Part shown: one piece after another, positions 25,621 through 40,080 of the stretch
Position numbering within the stretch: position 1 is the stretch's first letter
Layout: each line of letters starts with the position of its first letter
Source of the DNA: Vicugna vicugna
Taxonomy: Eukaryota
Length of the DNA: 64,000 bases
Direction: 5' to 3'
Assembly (NCBI GenBank): GCA_013265495.1
Contig: MU058824.1
Coordinates: 62,001-126,000 of the forward strand
Translations under genes and position numbers: made by a program
Notes under the pieces: model-generated
What the model was told of the DNA's origin: nothing
Databases searched by the model: none
Seen by the model: only the letters and a program-made list of their open reading frames with translations

Positions 25621-26691
25621 CGTCTTCAACGTGCTTGTATCATGAGCTCTACAACCACAGATACCCAGAAGCGTGCTAGACATCCATAAGCGGGTACCCG
25701 GCAGGCACCTGAGACCAGCAGGACTGAGCTCAATACACCGCGTCCCCCAAACCTCCCACCTATTCCCCTTTCCTTTCCCCACTCATCTGTGCCTCAGCCA
25801 GAAAGCCGGGACACTCTCTTGCCTCTTCCTTCCCATGACCCTCCACCAGCTCCCACAGTCCCATCCTCATACCCAACTGGTCCCCAAAACCTATGGGTTC
25901 AACCACCTCATTTTCCCTCTGCAATACATCTACTCATCTCATCTCAGTTCCACTACAGCTCGTTTACTTGTTCAGGCTCCCACGCCTCACTAATACACAG
26001 TTTCCGAACGTTCACTCTTCTAATCCATTTTCCACCAAGTCACCAGGGTGGCTTTCAGATCTGATCGTGTCTTTCTTATTTAAATCCTTAGATGGCTTCT
26101 CACTGCCTTTAAAATAAAGGTCAGTCTCCTGGGATGTCACAGATGTTCCTGTAAGACCTGCCCCTCCTCCCACAATGTTCCCCATGGCCCAGTTCAGGTT
26201 GAAGTGCCTTGTATGACGTCCTAAATCATCTCATCTATATCTATGTATGATAGCATTTCTCTTATTATATTTTAACTGTTTATTATTTATTAGTTGCTGC
26301 CACCAGATTGTATGTTATTTAGAAGGCTGGATGCCTGTCATATTTGAATTTGAGACCGCCACTGCCAAGAAGGACAATAAATTATAAAACTACATTAATG
26401 GTGGGATAATGCTAGAAGATTTTAACCTAATAATAAGATTGAAGCTGAAGGGTGTTCATCCCTGCCTGTTTACTGCTACCCAAAGACACATACCTATAGT
26501 GGAAGTGCTTGTGATACAATGGCCTGGTTTCTGTAGACACTGTAAATGCTTAGACAAAACAAAAAATCAGCTGCTTTTTAGAGTTAGAAATATGCAGAAA
26601 AGAGATTCTTTAGCATTTAAGAAACATTTCTGGTCTGGCAAAGAGGGAAAAGCTGGCCATCACTACATGTCATTCAAAAAAATAATTACTA

Positions 26692-26862
26692 GCGAAAAAA
26701 ATGTGACAATGAATATATGTGTGTTCATGTATAACTGAAAAATAGTGCTCTACACTGGAATTTGACACAACAATTGTAAAATGACTATAACTCAATAAAA
26801 AAATGTTAAACAAAATTACTAAATTGACACAACATTGTATGCTTCAATGAAAAAAAGAACAA
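26692..26862 (+). mobile_element. Two stacked very short L1 3' ends inside an L2 remnant
   Basis: TTGACACAACA(A)TTGTA motif twice, each followed by an A-rich tail; A(A/T)TTACT repeated three times. Confidence 0.65.
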
Positions 26863-26964
26863 AAATTTACTGAGTAGCTATGGGAGAGGTCCTATGCTAG
26901 GCACTGAGTGGACAGTGGTTAGCAAAGCAGGGTCCCTAACCTAACGGTGTATATAATTTAATAA

Positions 26965-27200
26965 TATCAATTGCTATTTATTAAAATATATATTGTGTCC
27001 CAGGCATTGTGCTAAGCACTTCGCATATTTTATCTCACTTAATTTTTACAACACTTAAGAGATAGTACCATTATTATTATTATTTTAGAAATAAGGAAAA
27101 TGAGGCTTAGAAATTTTAAGTAACTTCCAAAGGGCACAGCCAAGATAACCGGCCAATCTGGTATACCTGATTCCAAAGCCTTTAACTACTAAATCACTGA
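26965..27200 (-). mobile_element. MIR SINE
   Basis: CAGGCATTGTGCTAAGCACTT...TTTTAGAAATAAGGAAAATGAGGCTTAGA core. Confidence 0.65.
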
Positions 27201-28488
27201 TCTTCCTACTGTCAATAAGTAAATACTATTAAGTGACATGATATCACTTCATTATCAGGATATCACCCTCTCTCATCCCTCACTATTACGTACCTTAAAA
27301 GATGCCCTGTCCTAAGAAGACAACACAATCTGAACTTCTATCAAGCTATGTATGCCACTGTCAGAAAGTGTGAGGAATCCACTGTATGGTTTTATTTTAA
27401 GACTGGCCTGCTCTCCCTTGACGGCTGCATTTTTTTTAATGTTCAGGAAAAGGCGGGGGTTGGGGGAGGAGCTGGCTGGCATTAGCTCTTGGAAAGACAA
27501 GGAAAACTTTCAATCAGGAAAAAGCTGAAAGCTTAACAAGGAATTATTAATAACCATTAAAACAGTTTATCATGTTTTGTTTTTTAAGCAGGAGGAAAGG
27601 AGAGGGGAAAAAAAGAGTCAGGAGAACAAAGCTGAAGGAATAGAGGGACCATAAGATCTGATTTCAAACAACTTTCTTTTACCTCTTAGAGAGAAAGATT
27701 CACGGGCTTCTAGGCTGACAGAATAAAACTATAATATTTCTCCATGTTTTCATGTTTTGACTAAGAAAGGAAAAAAAAAAATTCTGGCCCAACTACAGGA
27801 AGCAGGAGTGAGCAGACAGTTCCCTGTCCATGGAAACATAACCTGGCCAATGAGACCAACCTGAGGTGGAGGACGAGCTTCCAGCAGCAGTGGCAAGAAG
27901 TGTTATCAGTACAAATAAGGAACAGCAAAAAGCACTAAGATCGTGAGGTTGAGCATCAGGAAATCTGAGATCTAGCTTTGTCTCAGCTCTATTTCTAACT
28001 TGCTGCTGACCTTGAACAAGCCACATAACCTCTCCGGAATCACACAGTTGAAGGCTTACATCCTTTCCATTTCCCATCCCTCATATCACACCCGGTTCGC
28101 CATCCCTATCCTCTTATTTTTAGAAATCTATTTTACTACATATTTTATGTGAGTTACACATTCTCGGTTCTTAACACATTCTTTAGTCCCTCAACCACCA
28201 TGGGACAGATTGCCTAAAAACCAAAATAGTCCTGGTAATATGGCATATTTTTATATTAAAAAATACACAGCATAATATTAAAAATGTTAAGCCCATCACC
28301 TCAAAACTCTAATACATTTTTGGTTTTGCATATTACTTGCCAGTTTTCTCCAAACGATGCTGCTAATTTACTTTTTAACTCAACAGCAAATAAAAACTAC
28401 TTTTTAGTAATATTTAGTCCACAGTTCATTGCCATCTACAAAGCAGTGGAAAAAATTTCTCACCTCTGACCTGGAGGTACTGACTTAC

Positions 28489-28612
28489 CTACAAGAAGCC
28501 TTCTGAGTAGAATAAATGAATTCACATTTTCCATGGATGCAGTAACCATTGAGGTTTTCAGGGCAAGGCATGTGGTTTCCAATATAAACATCTTCCCTTT
28601 GATCACTAGCAT
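28489..28612 (-). CDS. TMEFF1: TMEFF1 exon 8, first part of the EGF-like domain
   Basis: ttcttttaag|ATGCT...TGTAG|gtaagt; DASDQREDVYIGNHMPCPENLNGYCIHGKCEFIYSTQKASC; 124 nt, phase 1-2; absent from the ORF track, read manually. Confidence 0.95.
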
Positions 28613-30377
28613 CTTAAAAGAACATAAACCAGGTCAATAAATAGTGAAAAGCAAATTGAAAAATAGGGACTTTTCAAAGGTTCTAAGACAACAAATAAAT
28701 TCACCCCTTGCTGGGTAATGTGGAAAGGAAATTTATTTCAGATAGGAGGCTGAATAATAATTAAAGTCTCATTATGTCACAAACACAGCAGGTAGAAAGT
28801 TTAGATTCAAAGCATTTAAAAATATTTGCAAGATGTGACCACTGTGAGCTACTGCTGTTTAAAACAATCTGCCAAAAAAAAAAAAAAAACCCCAAAACTA
28901 AACAAAACATCTTTGCTAAAAAAATAACTGCTATTTCTAGAAGAAAGCTCACCTCTGTGAAAAAGAGATGGTGTACACAGCACTGGCTTCAGAGAATTAA
29001 CTTACTTGAACCATTCACCTTGAGGCTATGAAACTGAGGCCAAAAACACTGGAATGGCAGAGGACGAGTAGGCATTCTGAAGTTTTAGGGTAAAAGGTTT
29101 CTTTTGGAATGAAAACTATCAAGTGTATTCTCTTTTTTCCCCAAATGAAAATAGTTTCGCTGTTTCTTTTATATGTAGTTTTTCTTAGTATAAGTTACTA
29201 TAAAAATAAATTCAAATAATAGAACAAATAAAAAACAAATTTAAAATCACCTTAGTTCCCTCTATCCAAAGAGAACCATTGTAAACGTTGATGAACATCT
29301 GTTTGGACTTAAGTATACTGATTTGAACTGAACTGTGCTGAACTGAAGAAAATAGAAAGGTGGTGAGGAATTTCATTACGAGAAATGGGAAGAGAATCAG
29401 GATGGAAAACTAGAAAAAGGCAGCAAAGATGAAGGCAGGGGGACCCAGTCTGCAAAATCAATGATACTCATTCATCCATTCTCTATCCCTATGGCTCACT
29501 TTCTCTTGTGTATTTATACACACATACTCATTCACATACCTACACATTCTAGAATGGATTTTTTCCACTTTTTTTCTGGCATGTACCTAGCACATTAATC
29601 CTCAGCTCTGTGGACCCAGAGCTCCCCAATGTTTACAGGCCTGTTCACGTGTAGGAAAAATCTCCAGGCTTCCCACTGTTTCTTACAGTTCCAGCTTACA
29701 GATTCTGTGCATTATTAGCCGTGTGACCTTGAGCATACCACCCTCTTTATGCCTGAGATTTCGCAACTATAAAGGCAGGATCAGAAGAGGACTACACTTC
29801 CTGCAGTTTTGAGAGGACTATGTGAGATAATCAATGCATGTGCAAGACCACTAAACCAACCATCTCTCTAGGTAGCACATCATGCAACAGGAAAGGCTTA
29901 TCTCCCCAAAATACAAATAAAGGTGTTAATATGACCTGAGGAATGTCAATGGAAACAAATTAAGAAGGAAAGAAGTAAGACGCTACGTGTATATACACAC
30001 ATACACATACGGGAAGGGGGAAAGCAAAGGAGAGCTGTGAATAGAGGTGCCAAGTGTAAAAAAGCTGATAACTAAAAATGCAGATTTTTCTGGAGATGAA
30101 AATTTACATATAAAAGGAAAAACTTTTAATGATTATTAAGCTCAAGATAGGATAACTTCAGCAGAGAATCGTATCATCCCTAACAAGACCAAACTTACGC
30201 CACTTTACCTCAAATTTCATGTATTTACATCAGATTAATTTATGCCTAGAAAGAGAACTGAACTAGAAAAAAGCCAGCATGTAAATTCTCAATTTTAAGG
30301 GTATATCTGCTGTTTTGTAACCTTAGTCAAATCATTTCCTCTAAGAGTTGAATGAGATCAGCAAAGTCTAACAGAAG

Positions 30378-30664
30378 CATAACTTGAGACATGTACATAA
30401 TTTATTTTCTAGTTGCCATATTTTTAAAAAATAAAACAGGTAAATTAATTTTAATCATATATTTTATTTAACCTAATATATCAAATAAATATTTCAACAT
30501 ACAGTAAATATACAAATTGTGATATTCTACATTCTTTTTTCTTAAACAGGTCTTCAAAATCTGGTGAGCACTTTACATTCACAGCACAGCTCAAGTCCGA
30601 CTAGCCACACTTCTAACACTCAACAGCCATGTGTGGCTAGTAGCTACCATACTGGACAGCACAG
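30378..30664. mobile_element. hAT-Charlie MITE (MER33-like)
   Basis: CTAGCCACACTT...GCCATGTGTGGCTAGTAGCTACCATACTGGACAGCACAG terminus. Confidence 0.7.
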
Positions 30665-32954
30665 AATAGATGACTGACTGACTTCTTTACCATTTATTCA
30701 TCACCTTCCATATGCCAGGCACTCTGCTACGTGCCGGGGATAGAAGAACAATTAAGATATATCCTGTCCCTCAAAGGACTGATAAGGTCTCCTCCAGCTC
30801 CCACACTATAGCTCTGCTGTATCAAAAGAAACCAGCCCTCCGCGAGGCTGCTGTAACCTGAGCATCTACTCCTGGACGACAATACCCGGGAGACTGTCTC
30901 ACAGCGATTTCGGTTTTTTAAATCAGTCTCTACTACAGGACAGTGAGCTCTCTGAAAATCTAGATGTTTGTATTATTCATTTGTGTATAACTCCTGACAC
31001 CTAGAACATAGTACTTTTCTTGCTCTGGTTTCAAACCAGAAAAGCTAGTCTAACTTCACGATCTAGCCATTAAGTGACCTGAGGAATCCAACTGCCTCCC
31101 ACAGGACTTATCACCCTGCAGCTTCTCAGAACGTGGTATTTTTGTGGTGTGATACACTATGAAGTATATAATAATATGACTATAGAGACTGAGGTTATGT
31201 ACCAACCTATAAAAATAAAATCCTATAAAGTGTGTAACAAAAGGGCCATATAGGTCTACAGAGACTGCGGAAATGTACTAATCTGCCAGAAGGAAGTCCT
31301 AGAAACAGCAGGAAACTTCAAGAATAATGCAGAGCTGAAAGCGGTAAAAGAACTCAGCTGCATGATAGCAAGAAGAGAAAGTTAACTAAATTAACACCGG
31401 GTTTTGAGAAATTAATAGACAAAGTATGGCACCAACAGCATTTGCTGAATGAAAGGATGCGATTTGAAGCTCTAACAAAGCAAAGCGTTATGAGACATGG
31501 ACCTGTCTATGAAGACTTTGAAGTCTGTGTCTGTCAGAGTCCAAATTCAGCATCCTGCTCAAGGCCAACACTATTCACTCCGTTATACTTACCTACTATT
31601 TCTGTGTACAGCCGTATGCTTGGCTGAGTTAAAGAAGGTATAAAGAAAAAGCGTACACAGTCCCTGCCCTTAAGAAGCTTATAATCAGTTTAGGGAAACA
31701 CACATAAAAAGTTGAACAACACAAGGGAAGGGGTCCCACAGGATGGTTTACAATAAAATAAAATACAATAAAAGAAGGTTTTATAATACTAGATGCTATG
31801 GACATTCAAGTTCAAAGAGAACTCATTTTAGGCAAAATAATCCAGGGAAGGATTCACAGAAAGGGTCGGATTCAAGTTAGGTCTCAAAGCACTGACAGAT
31901 TTAGACAGAGGAATGGTAGAAACCAAAAGGCAGGTATAACGCACAAAGCATTCTCAAGAACAAGAAGTAAATGGACCTAGCAAGAGCTGTCCATTCAGAC
32001 TGAGGAAAAGTTTAAGTCAAAAGTTGGAAAAATAATCTGAAATCAGATGATGGAAAAATTTGAACCTCAAGTTAGGAACATTTTCTTAATTACATGGACA
32101 AGAAGGACACTGAACTCCTCCAATTTGGAGAGGAACACAATGAAAGCCATATTTTACACAAAAAACTGGGAGAGGTTACCTAGGGCTGCTGGTTAGAAGG
32201 GAATGGGGGAGTGATTGCTAATGAGTGGGAGGTTTTTTTTGAGGGTAATGAAAGTGATCTAAAATTAGATTATGATGTGATGCTTGAACAACTCGGTAAA
32301 TATACTACGAAAAACCCAAAACACTGAACTGCACATTTTAAACAGGTGAACTTAAATGGTATATAAATTATATCTCAAAAAGCTGTTAAAAATTAATTAG
32401 AAGATAAAGGGGCAGAGGAACTGGGACGACCAGGTGACCAATTAGGAGATTACGACATAATCTAAATCTGTGGCACTGAAAAGCTTGGGTTCAGCAGCAG
32501 GAATAAGATATTAGAGACACAGAAAAAATAAATACAGCTTGAAGATGCTTTGGAAAGTAAATGAGCTCAAAAACTCACATCTGAAAGGGTCCTTGGAGGC
32601 CATTTAGTATGATGAAGAAATTTCTTTAGTTATAACCCTGAGAAACTGTTTCTACTTGAACATTTCCAGAGATAAGGAACTCAACATTAAATACAGCTAA
32701 TTTCAATATTATCAGATTTTCCTTATGTTGAGAGAAACCTCTCTTTCTTTACCTTTCAGTGGACTTTCCCGTGTCTATTCACCACCTAAACCTACTGCCC
32801 ACCAATTTTTTTCCTGAGGTCAAACTTCCCAAGTTCCATCCTTTATACAGTTTGCAACAACCAATCTACTAACATTCAAGCACTTAGTACAATGGAACGG
32901 TTCTCTCTACTGACGATTCTCTTAATACAGAGTTCTGTAAAACAACTTTCCTTC

Positions 32955-33785
32955 AAAGAAGATAAACAAATGGTCAATAAACACATGAAAAAATGCTCAA
33001 CATCACTAATCATTGGGGAAATGCAAATCAAAACTACAAGATAGCATCTTACACCCACCAGGATGACTACTACTCCAAAACCAGAGAATAACAAGTACTG
33101 GCAAGGAGGTGGAGAAATTATAACCCTTGTGCCCTGCTGGTGAGAGTGTATATAACAGTGCAGCCACTCGGCAAAACAATACAATGCTTCTTCAAAAAAT
33201 TAAAAACAGAATTACCATATGATCCAACAATTCCACTTCTGGATATATACCCCAAAGAACTGAAAGCAGGGTCTTGAAGAGATAGCTATATACCCATATT
33301 CATGGTAGCATTATTCACAACAGCTAAAACGTGGAAGCAACCCAAGTATCCCATCAATGAATGAATGGATAAACAAGATTTGGTATATATGCACAATGTA
33401 ATATACTCAGCCTTAAAAAGGAAGGAAATTCTGACATTTGCTATAACACAGATGAACCTTGAGGACATTATGTTTACTGAAATAATCCAGTCCCAAAAAG
33501 CCAAACACTGTTATGATTTCTACTTGTATGAGGTGCTTAGTCAAAGTCATAGAAACAAAAAGAAGAACGGTGGTTGCAAGGGCTGAGGGGGTGGGGAGGT
33601 GACGAGTTACTGTTTACCGGACATAGTTCCAGTTTCCTAAGATGAAAAGAGGTCTAGGGATGGATGGTGGTGATGGCTGTTGTGCAACATCCTGAATTTA
33701 TTTAATACCACTGAACTGTACACTTAAAAGTTGGTTAAGATGGTTAAGTGTTGTTATATAAACTTCACCACAATAAAAAAAAACT
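32955..33785 (+). mobile_element. L1 3' fragment (L1MA9/MB-like)
   Basis: ORF2 end remnant (YSALKRKEILTFAITQMNLEDIM), 3' UTR, AATAAA + A tail. Confidence 0.85.
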
Positions 33786-36700
33786 GCAACAGAAATGGGG
33801 TCTAAATGTGAGCCTAATGACAGGAAGTTCAGTAGAGAGAATGAGTCCAAATTTAGAGCTCCAGACCCTCAAAAGGTATTTATTAAGCACCTACCATGTT
33901 CCAGGCACTATGGTAGTTTCTGGAGTTTCAGGCAAGGGCAGTAGTACCAACAAAATCCCCACCAGGCAGTTGAATATATGAAACGAACGCTTAGAGAAAG
34001 ATTAAAGGTAGAGGACGTGGGTTTGCCAAGGTGACAGCTGAGAGCAGATTAAATATTCTGGAGGAAATAAACGCAGGCAAACAAGAGGGCAGAACAGAAT
34101 TCTGGAACAGCTGTGATTCAAAAGAAAGAGCAGCAGGGCTTAGAGTCAGAAAGTCTGAATTCTGGTCGTTGCTCTGTTATTCTACATGAGCCACAAACTC
34201 TCACAGTTTCAGCCTCTCCAGCTGCAAAATGAGGATAACACACTTGTGATGAGGATAAAGTCCATAAAAGCACCCGGCACACAGTAGGGCGCTTGATTAA
34301 GAACTGTGGGATGTACAGCCTACTGGTGTCACTCAGGAGCCATATTAAACATGCTGTAGACAGGCAGACTCACCCAGGGCGAGAACTTTTAGCACAGCCA
34401 GGCTACCAACAATGAAATTAGAAAACAAAAATATTGACGATCACCATAATAATCTCGCTAAGGAATTCAGTGATACGGCCTTGAATGCTCAAAGTAATCC
34501 TAGGCAGTAGATATTACTACCCCCACTTTATAGATGTGATCATTAAGGCTCAGAGGAAATAGGCCTTTCAGTGTGGACTGAGTTTGACTTCAGGAGCTCA
34601 AGCTCTTAACTGTCGCACTATTATTTCACCAAGCTACCCTGGGAGATGGGTAGGGAACGCACAAAAGCAGAATGTCCAAGCACCTGCTGTCTGGGCCAAG
34701 AAAATTAGATAACTTCAAAAAGGCAAGATTAAAAAGGCTTTTAAAATGTAATAAAGCACGGTTTCAGAAACCATGGCAGAGATGTAACCTCGCACAGCAA
34801 GAACTGGGCACAGAATGGTTCTGTCTAAACAATGCCCTCAGGCAAGTGGTGACAGGCTCCATGAATAACAGCTGCAAGCGCTAGTCTCTGAACAATGTGT
34901 GTGTGTGTGTGTGCGCGTAATATAAAAAGTATGCCTGGTCACCCAGTGGCTCCTTCCACCCACAGTAGCATTCAGAAACAAATTTGCCACCAGCAGCAGT
35001 GTTTTCAAATACAAAGGAGAGTATGGTTCTAAGCGATGATGTTGTAAGAAAACCCAGCTCCAGATGGCTTATCTGCAAAGGCATGTAAACTGGCTAGCTG
35101 TCCTGGTCCATCCATGTATCACCCAAATAAAGCATCAGGAGTTGCTATTAACAACCAAGACATGCACATAGACGGTGCTGCTGAGGCCACAACTACATCA
35201 GCACTGCACTGAAAACTCTAGGGCTATAAATTCCTATGGTCAAGAAATTCAATATACTCTTTCTTGCTTCTACCCTGACCCCAAGCTTCGTCACTAACAC
35301 ATCCTTCCCTAACCCCTTCCCTCAGATCCCATCAGAGAATTATCCACCTAAGTATAAACTCCCTTTCAGCTCTCCCATACGTCTAAATCCCACCTTTTTC
35401 CTCATCAACCCGAATTCTTTCTTTCCTAGTCTTTTAATCCTGCCCAATGAAACACCTTTTCTAGTGTGAATAAACCCATCCACCTCCTCTGCTATTCCCT
35501 TAGGAAGTACTCCTTTCATCTCCCTGATACACCAGAATCACATCACTCCCACACATCCCCTTTCCTTCCACCTTCTTCTGCTGCTCTCACCACCTGTCAC
35601 CTCCAGATCAGCATCCCACGACCTTCCTCTCTGAGGGGTCTGTGCCATCCACCCACACAGCCTTCTAACCTGCCTCATCATGACTCTCTATCACGCTCCA
35701 CCACACACACTCTCAGCCTTTCTTCACTGGTTCTAGCAAATGGCTCAGTCTTACCTTTTAAAGAGAGAAATTTATCAAGACCATTTTTAAAAGGGCGTAT
35801 CAACAACCTATATTTAAATATATAAACAACAGCCACCAAGTAATGGAAACAACAATATTGATATCTCGGGGTCTCTGGTGTCCCTGATCAGCATGAGTAG
35901 AGACTACTGAGAGAATGAAGTCAAAGGTGGGGTGAGGGCTGGGTTAAGGTGAAGATCAGGAATGAAGCGGGAATGCCTTGGTAATAAAAAAGTGTTATGG
36001 TTAGATTTCAGGATGTATGAAAATATCTTTGGATAAAAATGGCCACATTAAAATGTCATTTGCCACAAAGCAACTTCCAGGATAGATGGAAATGTTTTGG
36101 ATCATGATAAGGTGTAGTGCAGATGGGCTCTATCCATTTGTCAAGACTGACAGCTAACATTTGTGCATTTCAGTGTGTGTAAATCACACCTCAAAAAAAC
36201 ACCTGTATAATAAGAATAACGATAATCCAGTGGGTAGAGGTATACAGACAAAACAAGAAGGACAGGATGCCGTTAACTGTTGAAAGTGATTGGATACATG
36301 AGGGTTCATTATAATATCCTGTTTATGTATGTTTGAAATTTTCTATAATCAAGCTTTTAAAATGTGCCATGCCCAGCTCCCACACACCTCATGCTCAGCC
36401 ATCACATCCTTCATAACGTCAACCTCTGCACCAAAGCTCCTAACACTGCAATTTCAATATTTACCACAGATTTTCCAACAGCCCAAGAGAAGCACTAACT
36501 CAGCGCCTGTGCTGGACATTCAAATGCTCCATTTCAGGAGCACTCTTGTCCAAGAGCTCAGCCTGAAAAGACTCCTTCCTGAGCATTATCTTCCAATTTT
36601 TCTTGCTGATGCTGTGTCCCTGCTTTTCACTTTGTAGCCTCCATCCCTAGATCCTACTTACCTAGTCCTGCTTGTGTACTGGGGACCTGAAAATTTACTA

Positions 36701-36883
36701 AGGGCTTCCTACAAATGCTTGTGAGAACAAAAAGACAAAAGCAAATGGGGTGAATGTAAAAAATAGTTACCTTTTGATCTCTATTCCTTACTGTTCCTTA
36801 CTATTAGAACATCTGTTGACTCTTTCACTGTGTCACTTTTTTTTTAGATTCCACATGTAAGTGATATCATATATTTGTCTTTG

Positions 36884-36970
36884 ATTTTTTTTTAGTGGAC
36901 CTACTAGGGATTGAACCCAGGATCTCGTACATGCCAGGCACACACTCTACCACTGAGCTATTACCTACAC
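36884..36970 (-). mobile_element. Older tRNA-derived SINE next to a short L1 fragment (~36820-36883)
   Basis: GGATTGAACCCAGG...CTCTACCACTGAGCTA with a T tail. Confidence 0.75.
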
Positions 36971-37210
36971 TCAACACTTTCATAATCTGGATTTTATTGT
37001 CATAACTACAGAAACTCCTTGGTCCAAGATTACCAATGATCCCCTTGCCTTCAAATTCAATGCTCATTCTCTAACACCTTTATGCAGCATTTTAAAGTAC
37101 TAGCTAACCTTTCCCTTTTGACTGCTGTGCTACTGTACTCTTCCTGGTTTTTTCCTCTGGATCTTCTTTCCACTTCATCTTATGTTGGGCCTCCTCTCCT
37201 TTGCAAGTAA

Positions 37211-37419
37211 CAGTCCTGTTCAATGGAACTTTCTGCAACTCATGATCCATTCTATATCTGTGCTGTCCAACATGGTAGCCACAGGTCACATGTGGCTACT
37301 GAATACCTGAAATAGGGCTAGTTATTACTGAGAAACAAACTTTTAATTATATTTCATTTAAGTTAATGTAAATTTAAATAGCCACATGTGGCCAGTGGCT
37401 ACGGTACTAGACAATACAG
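37211..37419. mobile_element. hAT-Charlie MITE (MER3-like), internally palindromic
   Basis: CTGTGCTGTCCAACATGGTAGCCAC...GCCACATGTGGCCAGTGGCTACGGTACTAGACAATACAG. Confidence 0.75.
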
Positions 37420-39847
37420 CCCTATAATCTCTCTCTCTCATTCTCATGACTTCAGTTATCACCTCTATATTGAAGGACTGAGCAAAGTGACCTGGGTGAG
37501 TACCACGAGTAACTCAAACTTCAAAATAAAATTAATCACCTCCACCATCATCTCTTCCCTTCCCTTACCCATAAACACCTTTCCCCTCCCAACATCCTCA
37601 GTTCTGTAAATAATTCATCATCCAAGTCATCTGAGTTTGAATTGTCTATTCCTCATATCTAAGCAGGAGTCTATTACCTTTGAGTTACTTAACTATCTCC
37701 CTGTCTCCAGTCCAATGCACATAAAAGCACAATTCCTGCCAGGTATCATGCATTCAACTGGTTAACTTCGTGGCCCTGCCTTTTTCAAATATATAATGAT
37801 TCCCCACTGCCCACCAGTGAAGTTTAAATTCTCTAGGACAACACAGCCATCAGGTCAGTACACAGACTGGCCCCAAGCTACCTTTCAAGATACCTACCTT
37901 CTACCTCTTAAGCCTCCTACTCTCCAGCCAAAAAAGGATTCTTTACCATTCTCAGTACATTCTATCATAATGTTTGTATCCACACCTCTCTGCATGTTCT
38001 TCCATGCTCTTTAAATACCCTTCTAACCTCTGTTTAAATCCTAACCATCCTTCAAGGTTCAGCTCAAATTCCACCTCTTCCGTGAGTTCCTCGGGTCTTC
38101 ACTAACCCCCACCAAACAGTAATCTCTTCTTTTCTGAGTTCTCAATGCACTTTTTAACCACACTACATTTATGACAATAACCAATTTTTGCTTTGTTAGA
38201 AGTAGGTTTATATTCATTTCTCATTGTATCACAAGCCCTTCAAAGATGGATGTCATGTCTTTGATATCTTTCTACCAATAGTGTCTGATAAAATGACCAG
38301 TACAAAATAGGCACTTAATAATTATATCTACTGATTATGATAATTTCACTTGAGTTACTCATGTGTAAAGAATGTTCAGTTATCTCAAAAGTGGCTAAGG
38401 CCACTAAATTATCCCTGTAATTTTTTCAAAAGCAGACAGATATTTTATGTATATGCAATTCCCCAAATTGCCTTAAGTAAGAGCTTCAAACTACTAAAAA
38501 ATATCCTTCCTATTCTGGTCATGTACTATCAGTATAAAGACTAAAACTGGCACTGATCTATTATGTCTCCTATGGGAATACAGAGATTGTCTATTTTAAA
38601 TACAGCTCCTTGGATCAACATAGCAAACTGGTATTTCAGGGGCTCATGGGATATAACTGATTCAAGTTTAATATGATTCAAGTGACAGAAATAAATTATT
38701 CGATGGTAATAACAACTATCATTTATTCAGCACTTATGAGTATTTCAGATACTATTGTAAATACTTTTATATTATCTCATTTAATTTTTATGCCACTCTA
38801 TGTGATCAGTACTGTTATTCTCATTTTACATATTTAGAAATCAGGCATAAATGATAGCTCATGCATCTAAGAAAAACTGTCCATTAGTATAACCAAACGA
38901 ACGGTCAGAAGATGCATGTGCAGAAAAGCAATTACCCAGAAGCCCTGGTCTAGGACTCCCAGACTAAGACCCGCTTCGGTTCACTAGGTATAACCTCACT
39001 GAGCCTCAATGTTCCCACTGGTCCTTACTCCTCATAGTTGTAAGAATCAAATGAAATAACAGATATGAAAATGAGAGGTAAAAGAGCACTGGACTTGAGG
39101 GTAAGGGATCTAGAATCTAATCTCCACCCTGACCTTTACTACATGTAAGACTTTGTACAGATAAATCCTACAGCTTCTTTGAGCCACATCCACTCTATTG
39201 ACAAGTGTGAATCGCCTACGTATGTGCCAGACATTCTGCTAAGTGTTAGGAATACGAAAGTGAATGTGATGGATACAATCTCCTGTCCTCGCAGAACTCA
39301 TAGCCTAGAGGGAAATACAGATAGGTAAGACAGACAATTATACTTCGAGTAGGTTAAGTGTCTGGATAGAGGAGTATGTAAGACACACCCCTAATCTAGA
39401 TTTAAGGGTCCAGGGACACTTCCCAAAAGAAAATGACTTCTAAGCTAAGACTGGAAGGATGAGTTTTAGGCAAAGAAGGGTTCCAAGCAGAGAGAACAAA
39501 GTTCAAAGACACATGCACAGGGGGCAAGTGTTAACAGTAGATGCTAGAGAAGTAAAGAGGATTAAGAGCAAATATAAGAGACCTTTCTGTATAATTTCTT
39601 TCAATTGCATTTGAATTACAATTATCTCAATAAAAATTTCAATTAAAAAATTCATGAGAGTACTGTGTAAACTGAGATGCACATTAACTATTTCAGTTGG
39701 TATTATTACTAATAATCAATTGCATAATGTATATTGCTACAGAGAGCAAAGCTGGAAAGGTCGTTACAATGGAAATAAAACTATTGAGGTGAGCTAGTAA
39801 CCATATTTCAATACTTGACCAAAGTTTGGGAAACCGTGATTCAGTAC

Positions 39848-39913
39848 CTTTCACATCTGGTCGATACTGCAGTCCATCATCTTTCTTTCCCAACAGACTA
39901 GTGTCATCTGTGT
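39848..39913 (-). CDS. TMEFF1: TMEFF1 exon 7
   Basis: ttctcttacag|ACACAG...AAAG|gtactg; DTDDTSLLGKKDDGLQYRPDVK; 66 nt, phase 1-1. Confidence 0.94.
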
Positions 39914-39952
39914 CTGTAAGAGAAAATAGTTTTCATATTAAGAGACATATGA

Positions 39953-40080
39953 GGGGGGAGGGTATAGCTCAATGGTACAGCATGTGCTTAGCATGCATGA
40001 GGTTCTGGATTCAATCCCCAGTACCTCCATTAAAATAAATAAATAAAAACCTAATTACCTCCCCTCAAAAACAACAAAAA
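39953..40080 (+). mobile_element. tRNA-derived camelid-type SINE
   Basis: A box TAGCTCAATGG, B-box-like GATTCAATCCC, A-rich tail, perfect 13-bp TSD AAGAGACATATGA (39940-52, 40081-93). Confidence 0.9.

Noticed and set aside
37258..37419. Long imperfect palindrome
   Set aside because: Intrinsic structure of the MER3-like MITE
39953..40030. tRNA-like A/B boxes (also at 36900, 40800, 52500)
   Set aside because: SINE heads with A-rich tails and, for two copies, clear TSDs; not tRNA genes
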